Below, piece after piece: positions 1 to 11,531 of a stretch of 64,000 bases of DNA (position 1 is the stretch's first letter; the number at the start of each line of letters is the position of its first letter). The position numbers and the translations under genes are program-made. The notes below the pieces were generated by a model, which was given only the letters and a program-made list of their open reading frames with translations, had not been told where the DNA came from and ran no database searches. The DNA is from Chrysomallon squamiferum (lineage: Eukaryota > Animalia > Mollusca): contig CM022678.1 in assembly GCA_012295275.1 (NCBI GenBank), positions 19,158,001 to 19,222,000 on the forward strand. Direction: 5' to 3'.

Positions 1-507
1 AAACTTAGCAGTTCAATTCTGTCTAACAAAAAATATCCTGGAAAAATAAATGAATTAATACACCGCTTACAAACATGAAAAATAAATAAATAAATAAATA
101 ACAAACAAAAGGAACGCATAAATATATGAATGCAGGCATGTGCATAGGTAGGTATGCAAATATTTACGATAACTGAACAATATTTGTTTATTCATATAAA
201 TATAATTATGTCCTTTTGTGTTTTTCAATGTAAACAAAACGCTTTTGTTTTTTGCAATTTTGTTTGTTTCTTTTGGTCGGTATAATTACTTACACAGAAG
301 TAACCTACTTTTTAATTTTAGCTTTTCTTTGAAATATATCAAACAAACCCATTTGTTTACTAAATACCACTTTTGTTTGTTCCCAACATCGACAGTGGTG
401 TCTAGGATACGCGGTGACGTCATAATGTTTTGAACACATGTTGAAAGATAATTAACCTTGCCGAGTTGAAGCTCTATTTCAGCATGCATTTAGTGTTCAT
501 AATAATT

Positions 508-508
<1 letters not shown>

Positions 509-586
<78 letters not shown>

Positions 587-595
587 TAGATATAT
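509..595. repeat. (TA)n/(TAGA)n microsatellite
   Basis: Directly visible run of tatata followed by gatagata. Confidence 0.95.
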
Positions 596-650
596 AAAAT
601 AAAATAGAATAAATGGAAACGATTTCTGTAATCTAAATAACTGTTACTGG

Positions 651-1424
651 TATTTATATTTTTATTAGAAACTTGAATTCAGGACGGAAGGAAACAGCGA
701 GTTGTCACACGAGTTATTCCCCTTGACGAGTCCAAACATTTCTTACAGGAAAGAAACTGAAATTGTGTGAAAGATAACCGAATCAGTAAATATATAAATA
801 AATAAAAAAATAAACAAACAAATAAATAAAACTTCAATCTTTATTTTTATAAATTAGTTATTACTTATACATAAATATGTCTCACTGCATTTTTCTTTTA
901 AAATTCATTTCAGATTTACAGCTTGGTCAAACCAGATTTATCAAACGGGAAGAACAACTAACAGGTGTATGTATATCTGTATATACTAGTATTTAGAAAT
1001 AATTCTTACATTTGACTGTAACGTTATTAATTCATCTCATGCGTGTTACTTTATCTATATTTATATTTTTATTAGAAACTTGAATTCAGGATGCAAGGAA
1101 ACAGCGAGTTCTAACAGGAGTAATTCCCCTTGACGAGTCCGAATATTTCTTACAGCAAAGAAACTGAAATTTAAATATAAATAAAAATAAAATGAAATGA
1201 TTAAAACGTAATAATAATAAACATAAATTACGGATAACGTTATACAGGAGAAAATACAAATTTTTGTTGAACCTTTAAGCTTGATAATCTGATTGAAGTA
1301 TGTGAAAAATAACCGAATCAGTAAATATATAAATAAATAAATAAATAAAAGACAGAATATCTAGGCCGCTCTTTCAACACGTTCGTTGTTTCTTACTTGA
1401 TTGCATTAGTAATTTTTCTTTTAA

Positions 1425-1479
<55 letters not shown>

Positions 1480-1685
1480 TGTATATAAATGATAGTTAAT
1501 TTCAAAACTTCATTCTTTATTTTTATAAATTCGTTATTCATTTCAGATTTACAGCTTGGTCAAACCAGATTTATCAAACGGCAAGAACAACTAACAGGTG
1601 TATATCTGTATATGCTAGTATTTAGAAATTATACTTCTATTTGACTGTAACGTTATTGATTCATCTCATGCGTGTTACTTTATCT
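651..1685 (+). repeat. Local tandem duplication of non-coding blocks
   Basis: About 651-772 recurs at about 1056-1172 (tattagaaacttgaattcagga...gaaactgaaatt). About 830-1056 recurs at about 1503-1685 (ttcagatttacagcttggtcaaaccag...ctcatgcgtgttactttatcta). Confidence 0.85.
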
Positions 1686-4370
1686 ACACGTTTATTTCAA
1701 ACATTCAGAGTCCAGTTTCATGACAGAGAGCACACAAAGTCTGCAGATTTTGAATGTGCAACGAAAACATAAAATGTGATAATTTCAAATGTTTACTTCC
1801 TGGGGACTGAACATCGGCTTAATTCGGGGTATATAGACACGGAAACCGAACTAAAATAAAATCAGAACAAAATAAAACAAGAACAGTTAAAATAAGTAAA
1901 GATATCAAAGGCTCAAATTGAAAATTACAAAATATGAAATTATAAACAATTCATTTATAATCAACAGAAGGCAGAATTACTAAGACGCTGAATATGTAAT
2001 AATGAATTTCCTTACTGTAAGAAGAGCAGCCTTTGACACGACACACGCCCTTTTCCGTTAGACTCAATAATACCCGATCTACGCAAAAAGAAAGGGCGAT
2101 AACTTACAAGTTATACACATCAGTGTACATAAAATAGAATACCTTATACACGAGCTTTGCTGTTAGACTCTGGATGTCACGATATATATACAAAGAAAGG
2201 TGGATAAAGTTCAAGTAATACACATACATGTACCTAAAATAGAGTACATTACATACGTTCGCAACGGGCAAACCTTTAACGTATCCAGTTCATTAAGCTA
2301 TTCACATATGTAAACACAGAAATATACATTTAAATTATCTCATATTGATAATAAGTAAACGCCAGACATTAATTAATAAACAGAACCAATTGAAATATCT
2401 TTAAAATTTGGCACAAGTAATTTTTTCCAAGGTTAATACTGAAGATTGTACCTGTGTTCGGGTGTAACATGTTTACTATTATCAGAAATACTGCGTGACA
2501 TGTTATATATCGGTGTCAAAGCAACTAGTTAGTCATACGTTTTGTTCCAGGTGCGAATAATACTGAGTGATCGTGTTTCAGTTCATTTGACAATAAAACA
2601 TATTGAGAATTTTAATACTGCCTGACATATACTGACAAATAAACAAAGGTGTACTTTGTACGTGAATACTTCATTGTAGATAAGACTGGGTTTTGTTTTT
2701 ATTTCGAATTTAACTTCTCAGAGAGTCAGCACTACATTTAGACATACCCGACCTAAGTTGTTGAAGTCTTGAAAGCCATGTTTGACGTGAAATGAAATAT
2801 ACTGGAGCTGATTAGAAAATATATTTTAATCCTGTGCATGCTATTTACAACGTTTCCGCAAAAGAAAAAGATGAAGACGCAAGTAGTTTTGAAGGAGATG
2901 ACCTCTGGAAGCTGAAAGTACAAAAATGTCGATATTACGATCCACGTTTAATTTCCATATTAACAACGAACAAACAGCCAGTATCCTTCCAAATAACCCA
3001 TTCATTAGTTGTCATATCATATTTGCAAATGTACACATACATAATAAGGGCATACAGTCATTAATGTGTTTATACTGTTCCCATATGATAATGTTATAAC
3101 AGGATTTTTTTTTTTTATATAAAACATTGCTTATAGGCCTTTAATTATTGTTTTCTTTTTGTTTTTGTTTTTTTGTTATTGTTGTTATTATTATTACTGC
3201 TGGTGTTGTTGTTTTCATTGTTGGTGTTGTTGTGTTTGTTCTTATTATTTATAGCCGGGGTAAACCTGCGTCGAACTGAAAACTCCCGCAATAATCCACC
3301 CCTGAAACAGAATTTGAACAAAGAACACACTTCATAGGGAGAGACGGGTGGACGTTTCGTTTGGCATGAATAAGAAAAACATTTAGCTAATATCTGAGTT
3401 TTACCGACCTTAATAGAAATTATTTATATCTCTCTCTAGTGTATAACGAATACGTTTACAGATTTAAATCGTAAAGCTTTACTGTCAAGAGAAATACTGT
3501 TTGACATGATTACTCATATATCGATATCGAAATAACTAGTTAGCATACTTTTTGTGCCAGGTACGGATAATGGTTTCATGGTGAACTACTTAACACTGAG
3601 TGATCACGTGAAGAACTTAACACAGCAGTGTGTTCTGTTATCAGGTCGACTCGACATGTCGATAACAGAATGTCTCCATACCGACAAGACTGGTCGGGCT
3701 ATGTGAATACAAAAGAAGAAAGACTTTATCAAGTTAAATAAGCAAACACAGATAAGATAAGAGTAAATTATAACGTTCTGTACTGGCCTGTTTGATTTCA
3801 TCTGAGAATACAACATATTTATAATTTTAATACTGCTTGACATACACTGACAAATAAACAAAGGAGTACTTTGTACGTGAATACTTCAATGTAGGTAAGA
3901 CTGATTTTTGTTTTTATTTCGAATTTAACTTCTCAGAGAGTCAGTGCTACATTTAGATGTACCCGTACCTAAACACTTAAAGTCTTGGAAGCCATGTTTG
4001 ACGTGAAATGAAATACATAGGAGAGGATTAGAAAATTTATTAAAATATTCATAATTTGTCCACAACAGAAGAGGATAAATAGTTTTCATTGAAATTACCT
4101 CTTGAAGCTGAAAGTACAAAAATGTCGATATTATGATCCACGTTTCATTTCCATATTAAAAACGAATAAACAGCCTGGATCCTTACAAATAACTCATTCA
4201 TGAGTAAAGATGTACACATATGACAAAGACATGCGGTCATTACAGTTATATTATTTTGTTGATAATGCGATAATATTATAACAATATCTTTCTATAAAAC
4301 ATTGCTTATATAGCTTCATACAGAGACACGGTCGGACCTTTAGTTTGGCCTGAATAAGAAAAATTCGAAC
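830..4370 (+). repeat. Intergenic segment of the duplicated gene unit
   Basis: About 830-3380 is paralogous to about 14690-16490, the 3' flank of copy B. About 3430-4370 is a second diverged copy of about 2480-3380 and of about 20840-21430. All share the tactgacaaataaacaaagg..tactttgtacgtgaatacttca block. Confidence 0.8.
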
Positions 4371-4741
4371 ATTTTATTGAAGTATACGCAGAGGCCGAAT
4401 GTTTCTGTTATATTTTATCTTTTTCTAATTTCATGGAATTTACTAATACATGGTTTCAGATTTGTTTGATCACGTTCGCTAAATAACTACGTTTCGTAGA
4501 AATTAATATTCAAGTTTGAAGTAAGATATGGATCTGATTGAATTGCCTTTTGATATTTAAGATTATAATTACAAAGAGGTATTATAAACAAGTGCATTAC
4601 AAACAAATTAAAAACACGTTAAATAAAAATTCAGCTTGGGTCAGAAAAGAAAAGATGATATAAATCGATGGGAAAGACTTTGGAATCAATAAAATTTAGA
4701 TGGCGAAAGTTTTACTGGGAAAAAGTTAAAAAAAAGAAGGA

Positions 4742-4803
<62 letters not shown>

Positions 4804-4818
4804 TAATAATAATAATAA
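4742..4818. repeat. (AAT)n microsatellite
   Basis: Directly visible. Confidence 0.95.
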
Positions 4819-4982
4819 ATCAGATTGATCTCACTTTCGAAATAACAATGTTTTACTCAATATTTAAACCTACACATAACACAACCTTATTACAAAACAT
4901 GTCTTATGTAGAGCATACAGTGATTATCACCTCTTACTCACCCGATTCATGGAATTTAAAAAGGAAAGTAGAAAATAGTGGT

Positions 4983-5037
4983 TATATAAACTGACAGTTC
5001 GTTTCATTATAAGTGACACCAGCGAGAACGTGTAAGT
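4983..5037 (+). promoter_or_regulatory. Candidate core promoter (TATATAAA) plus short non-coding first exon ending in a GTAAGT donor, copy A
   Basis: TATATAAA at 4983-4990, then ccagcgagaacgt|GTAAGT with the donor at 5032-5037. The motif recurs in the gene orientation upstream of most copies. The ATG exon is preceded by an acceptor (ctttcag|gataATG), which implies an upstream exon. Confidence 0.5.
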
Positions 5038-5543
5038 TTGATTTAAATTTGTTGTTCCGTTGATATGCTGAATTTTTAACAAACAGTTTTTTCATTACTT
5101 GTCTATCAAATCATAACTATGATTCACGAATAGTTTACTGATATATAAGTTATAATAACAAGAAAGTGTAATCTACATATAACCAAGAAGCAAATAATTC
5201 AGCAAATTAACTAAAAATTCAGCTTAGTCCAGGAAAGGTAAAAACTGGTAAATCGATGAGATTGCTTTTTTTTTGGAACCGGTAAGATTTTGGTGGCCGA
5301 ATACATATCAGTGTTTAAATAACGGAAAGGCAAATAATTTTTGTTTTAATTATTTTATTCTAGCATTATTAAATTTAAAATCTAGAGAAATGGCATTTGT
5401 TTCATTGACACAAACATTAGACATTTGCAGTTTCTGCATTTTATAGAAACTGATAAATTATACTATAAAAAGGTTATTCAATATTGCTTACATCTTCCGG
5501 GTGTGTTTCAGTGACCAATTTCAATAACTTAGTTTGACACAGC

Positions 5544-5557
5544 AGTTTCGGTTTCTC
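5544..5557 (+). promoter_or_regulatory. ISRE/IRF-binding consensus AGTTTCGGTTTCTC
   Basis: Exact match to the ISRE consensus AGTTTCNNTTTC, inside a block conserved among paralogous upstream regions. Function is inferred. Confidence 0.5.
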
Positions 5558-6536
5558 TGTGTTTATACATCGGCTGACAGTAGTCACACATTCAACTCGT
5601 GTTGCATGATAAAAGTAAATAACAATTAAAACTCTCAAGGGGGTCCTAGCGTTATTAGATATAAAGTAGAAATCTGTGTTATGCACTGGTTGGGTTCTAT
5701 TTCATTTTAACATTGATCCAAATATTTAGCTTTAATTTCTATGTCCACAAAAATTAGTCTAGTTTGTTTTCATTGTGTTTAGACACGTTCTAGAAAATTA
5801 ATAGATAAATTATGTAGAAAAAAAATACATTTTATTTCATGTTCGCATATACGTTCTTTAATGCAGCATCTAGCCAAATAAATTCAATAGCCGAAAGTTT
5901 TCCTTATTTTTCTAGTTCCACGAAAATTTGTAATGCGTTTTTTCAGTATGTTTATCACGTTGACTAAATAGACTCATTTGGTAGGAAATAAAGTTTAAGT
6001 TACCATCAAAATAAACATCTGATTCACGAATTGCCTTTAGATATATAACTGATATTTCTAGAAAGAAGAATAATAAACAAATAACACAAGACGTTAAATA
6101 GAATTCAACTTAGCTCAGAAAAGACAAGATCTCGTAAATCGATGGGAAAGATGTTTTGGAATCAGCAAGACTGAGGTGGCACAAGTTTTATTTCTCTGCA
6201 GGTTAGTAGACTGGAAAAAGAAAAAAGTAAAAAGAAAAAAGATACAAAAAAAAATAATAATACTAATACCAAAAATAATAAAAATGATAATGATAATAAC
6301 AACAATAATAATAATTATCATAATCGGAATCATACGCAACCCTTCATCGGTTCGAATCTGCTTTCGAAATCAAAATATTTTGTTTTATAGTGAAACCTGC
6401 ACATAACATTACCGTTTTAGAAAAGGAAACTACTCATAAATCCAAGGCAATGTTTTTGTGGAACCAGTAAGATTTTGATAGCCTAATGAAGTTAATATTG
6501 ATTTAAGGGTGATCAAGTGTTTCTTTTTTCTTCGTT

Positions 6537-6551
6537 TTTCAGTTTCCTTTC
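6537..6551 (+). promoter_or_regulatory. Second IRF-like motif TTTCAGTTTCCTTTC about 200 nt upstream of the ATG
   Basis: Also present upstream of G (about 52021-52035) and H (about 57886-57900). Such motifs arise easily by chance in AT-rich DNA. Confidence 0.3.
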
Positions 6552-6751
6552 TTTCTTTCTTTCTTTTTATTGTTATAATTTTTATTTACATTTTTATAGA
6601 ATATTTTCATTGTTTTTCATTAATTTTAAAATCGAGACGCATGCAATTTAGTTGATTATTCTGTGACCGGAACATAGACATAAATGTATGATGTTCAATA
6701 CACTGGAAAAAAAGAAATTAATAAACTATTTTATGACCTTCTTTCAGGATA

Positions 6752-9275
6752 ATGGCGGCGAAGAAACAGCACAGCACAACGTCATTAGAGGCGGATTTTG
6801 CAAGGATAAAAATTGGTGAGAAATACTAATTACAATGATAATGAAACAATTGTATTTTGTTGCATTACTGCTTCAGGCGAAACTCTTCTACTTTTCTTTA
6901 TAAACACGTTATTCTCTCTCTTACAGGCATTTATATTCAGACATCTAAATAAAAACACAGACATACGCAGACACACACATATTTATACAAAAAGATGGAG
7001 AGAGAGACATTCAGTAAATGAAGCATTATGTGATTTCGAATCTGCAATTTTAAAAGAAAACGATTTCGAACATCTTATCAGTAGAAAGGCACTTTTCCCC
7101 CGAAGTTATTCTTTCAGAAATCTGCAATTATATAGATTTTATTTTTCAGCTACGGATGAGGACATTTCCTTCGAAAATAGACTGGAATCGTTTCCTCACT
7201 CCTTTCATCTCACAGATCTCATGCTCTGCACTAAACAACGTAGAGAAAAAATACTTTTAAAGTTACAACGAGAACCGGAAGAAGAGAAACAGAGTTTGAT
7301 GGAAAGAAATCGAGACGTCAATTTTATTTCCTTCATGCAGTTTTTGCTAGGAGATCAACACAAGGCAATCGAGACAAATTTAGAAGTCCGTCGTCGTGAC
7401 CCTACTAATATTGTTGCTCGTGCAAACCGTGTGCGTTTTCTGTTAAAACACGATAAGCGTTCGTCTCAATCGGAATTAATTGAACTGGAAAACCTGAAGG
7501 GAGACGTTGAAAGAATGCGTGCTGTAGCTGAAGCTGAACTTGCTTATTGCTACGCTCGGATTTCACCAGCTTCTTATCTAAAGTCTGTGGAGCTGTACAG
7601 AAAAGTAAACGAGAAATATCCAGAAGAATACGAATGGAAATTTGGAGAGGGTCTAACACTTAGACGAACTATGTCCATTCAAAGCTACTCGTTTAATACT
7701 GATATCGATATCGTTGAATACGCTGTTAGATGCTGTAAAGTGCTAGAAGAAGTCGGCAGTAAGGGATTAGAACCGTTTAATGCGATGGCGTTTGCTGAGC
7801 TCGGGGAATTCGCGACTCGGTTTGAATTAAAAAAAACACCATTTGATGATGAAATTGTGGTAGAAAGGTTTAAGCAACAAACAACGCTGCTTTCGTGCGA
7901 GGAATATTTCCAGAAAGCTCTTGATTTAGATAAGCAGGACCCTTTTGTACTTGCAAGCTGCGGTAAGCATTTCCTAAACAGAAGGCAACTGCATGACGCT
8001 GAGAGATTGTTAGAAGAGTCAGTGAGGCTTCGGCCGACAGGATATGCTCTTCAAAACCTGGGAAAAGTTCTGCTGAGAAAAGCGAAAAATGAAAGCAACC
8101 CGAGAACATTTCAGCGTGCGATTAAGTATCTAAAACAGTCCGTTGATATAACACACGGCGAAAATTATAGTGCTATACTTGACTTGGCTTCTGCTTACAT
8201 GAGCAGAAAATGTTACGAAGACGCTGAAGAGGTTCTAACGGATATAATAGAAAGAGAAGAACTTGATACCAGTCCGTTCAATGAAGTTGCTGCTTTGAAG
8301 ACAATGGGTGTTATCTCTTTTGAAAAAGGAAAAAGTCCATTACTTTCTCCAGATGAACAGGCTCGGCTGAGGAAAGAAGAAATAAACTATAAAATTCTTG
8401 CTATAGAAGTTTCTGCGATCGAGGTGTTGTACAAATATCGCACTCATTTCAGAACAGTAACTGATTTGCTGAAGCAAACGAAAGGTCCACGTGGAGTAGG
8501 TATACCGTGGCAAGTTAAAAATGTCTACTGCATGATCAGTGAATTGGGCCGTACTCTTCCGGTTTATGAGAATATTAAAAACCGGTATCAGGGACCTGAA
8601 CACTGGATTGGAACTACAGAGAACTATCTTGATCGACAAGAATACGAAAAGGCCAGATTCTGTATAATTCTGTTGATGGGTACGCAACAAGCTGATTATA
8701 TTCCTTTTCTTCTCGTCAGTCGAGTTTACCTGAAAACAGCACAGCATATCCTATCAAGAGGCGCGTCACCGAGCAAAGCTACGTCTTGTTTCAGAAGGAT
8801 TTTTGCGTTCTATTACAAAACGAACAAAGAAGGTGAAATAAATGGCGCTGATATCATGATTCTGCATGACAAAGACGACTGTAAAAAATCTGAGATGTCA
8901 AAGAAGATTCAGGAGATTCTTAAACACTACACAGGTCTTGAAGTCACGAGGAATGATGAACTTTCGTTTGAAGGAATGGATGATATCTATTTTTACAAAC
9001 GACTGATGCCTCTTATTCGATGCATTGTTCTAGTTGTTAATTCCGACCCTCCAAACACACACTGGAAACAGGTGATTGATTTGGCAATAGCAACTGCTAC
9101 GAAGAATGAGAAAATGATGATTGTATGCTTGAAATCAGGAGAGACTCACTCTATCACTGAACTGAACAATTTCAAAACAGGAAAAACTCCGCCAGACGAA
9201 TCAGACGACAAAAGTGCAGTGGACTGGCTTTTCGAAACTTTTCCACTTCTTGTTGATGGTGACGTCAATTTGTAA
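6752..9275 (+). CDS. Copy A: IFIT/TTC22-like TPR protein with C-terminal TIR/SEFIR-like domain, intact, 729 aa, join(6752..6815,7150..9275)
   Basis: Exon 1 encodes MAAKKQHSTTSLEADFARIKI and ends G|gtgag. The acceptor ttttcag|ct restores the frame of the long ORF. TPR-like helices such as EYFQKALDLDKQDPFVLASCGKHF. C-terminal ADIMILHD...RCIVLVVNSD...W...MMIVCL pattern from about 8847. Gene structure is well supported, and the family call is by eye. Confidence 0.85.
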
Positions 9276-9344
9276 ATTTGATACTTTACAGATATTGACA
9301 AGAATTTTAATTGAACTGCATTGATTGTTCGAATTTATTCATCG

Positions 9345-9345
9345 A

Positions 9346-9393
<48 letters not shown>

Positions 9394-9411
9394 TAATAAT
9401 AACTATAATAA

Positions 9412-9447
<36 letters not shown>

Positions 9448-9565
9448 GAACAATAATAATAACTGTAATAATAATGATAATAATAATAATAATAATAATA
9501 ATACTAATAATAAGAACAATAATAATAACTATAATAATAATGATAATAATAATAATAATAATAAT
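9345..9565. repeat. (AAT)n compound microsatellite in the putative 3' UTR of copy A
   Basis: Directly visible. An equivalent tract follows the stop codon of copies D, E, F, G and H. Confidence 0.9.
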
Positions 9566-10652
9566 CTCATGAACAACAACAATTATATTTATATAAGGAT
9601 TGGAATGAATTTTCAGTTTTTGGAATGTAAAACGATAGTAGGAAAATATTGTCTGTTTTCAAAAGATAAATCCATAAATATATGCTACAATATATATAGC
9701 TTAAAGATTAAATCTACGTGTACAGGTTGTACAGACGGTCTACAGTTATTTTAATATACTTTTCAAAAACTTTATGGTTGAAATTAAATTTGTGTAATCT
9801 AAAGTGGTTTATTTATAATATAATATAATATAATATAATATAATATAATGTAATATATGTTTTTGTCTATCTGTCTGTCTATATCTATATATAAAGTAAT
9901 TATGCTTAAATAAAATGATGATTTAGTGTATCCTTTTCTGTTTATTGGTTTTTTATTGTAATTGTGCCTATTGGTCAGCGAATTGTGTTAATAATAAAAT
10001 CTTTGTATCTGAATAATTTTTGGTATTTTTGTAATTTAGAGTTGGAAGTGTAACAAGTTTTAATTAATCTTATTTTTATATAAAAGGTTTGTGTTACTGT
10101 CATCAGATGAAATGTTTGTCACCCGCTTGTTCTGGTTGTTGCACTTTGATCAATCTTGTTTGTAAATATAGAATAAAATCGTAAAACGAAAAATACAGTG
10201 AGAAGATTTTTAGATATCTATCAATAAGTATTTATTAATAATAAAGGACAAAGTACGAAACTAGCTACCATTTAGTAACAGAGGTTGACCACGTCAAGCT
10301 TACTTATTTAACTCATGATATATCTCCGGAAAAACGGCGGCCCACTACTTTTTGCGCCACTCATGTTAGCAGCCTATCAACGGCGCGAAGTCGTTGGTTT
10401 CCGGAAAAACGTCGCGTAATGTAAAATTCGTGTTCTGTTAAACAGTCGGGTTTTTCAGAGACCCAAAAGGTTAAACAACCATTGTGTGAGTCTTCATTTT
10501 CAAAAACAACGTGTGTAAGTATAACGTGACACCAAAACAGAAAAACCAAATATTAATGTTACAAATATTGTTTTTAATTTTATAATTGTATTTTGTTCTG
10601 TTTTATATATATTGCTATATCTCTGTCTGTCTGTCTACCTATGTATATATCA

Positions 10653-10707
<55 letters not shown>

Positions 10708-11531
10708 CATATATAGATAGATAGAAACTGATGGTTCGTTTCATAGTAAGGTAATTTTGATTTAAATGTGTTTTTCCGATGAGATACTTTACTGTCCATT
10801 AAAATCATAAATTCACTAACAGTTTATTGACTATTAAGAGGTATAAACTACAAGGAACTGTAATATACAAACACACAAGAAAGAAACTACTCGTAAATCC
10901 ATGTAAATGTTTTGGGAAACAGAAAGATTTAGGTGGCATCATACAATTAGTATTTAGATAAGGGTTAGGCGAAACATTGACTTTTTTGCTTTTTCTTTAT
11001 TTCTGTTTAAGCATTTTATTCTGTGACCCAAGCATAGACAGCTACAATTGCTCAACATTACAGAAAAAAGAAAAAATCCAACGACAAATTAATCTATAAA
11101 TAACTATTACTTCTCCCAGGTGTTCGTACTCGCTATCTTCCTTACATATTTCAGTGACCTAGATTTACACACCCGTTTTTGTTTCTGTATTATCATACAT
11201 CGGTTGATAACGCTCAAGATAGCTGTTGAAACTATTAAAGAGTGTATAATCTGTAGATGTCGTTCTGTTTTTAGGTTAAAAGTAGAAATACAGTAATGTT
11301 CATATTTATTTCTTTATTTATATATTTCTTTCTTCATTTATTTATTTATTTATTTTTTATTATAATATTTTGACAAAATAAGTTGTTTCAATTTCTTTCT
11401 ACGTTTTTTTTTATTTATTTACTTTTCATTTATTACTAGTATTTATTTTTATCCATGGTTTTTTAAATGTATGATGTTCAATACATTTAATAGAATATTA
11501 CTAAAACATTTTATTACATACTTTTACGAAA

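Noticed and set aside
748-762. Other isolated GAAANNGAAA motifs (e.g. gaaactgaaa)
   Set aside because: Expected by chance in AT-rich DNA and not positioned consistently relative to the genes.
6813-7149. N-terminal 112 aa of the 820-aa ORF (MVRNTNYND...)
   Set aside because: It starts at TTG and reads through the intron. The same interval is frameshifted or stopped in D, G and H, and it is bounded by conserved GT/AG sites.
8340-8747. Antisense 135-aa ORF repeated at 49847 and 55712, and similar shadow ORFs
   Set aside because: These lie opposite the main CDS and recur only because the gene is duplicated. They have non-ATG starts and no recognisable domain.
6752-9275. Bacterial TPR-TIR antiphage gene or contamination
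   Set aside because: Spliceosomal introns, microsatellite-rich flanks and long intergenic spacing indicate a eukaryotic nuclear locus.
6752-9275. Assigning the gene symbol IFIT1/IFIT5 or TTC22
   Set aside because: The similarity is remote and judged by eye, and the domain architecture differs. Orthology cannot be claimed without a phylogeny.
9311-9754. Poly-Ile/Asn/Leu/Ser-Leu/Glu-Arg ORFs here and throughout (e.g. 27286, 44288, 47565)
   Set aside because: They are translations of AAT, AAG and AG microsatellites.
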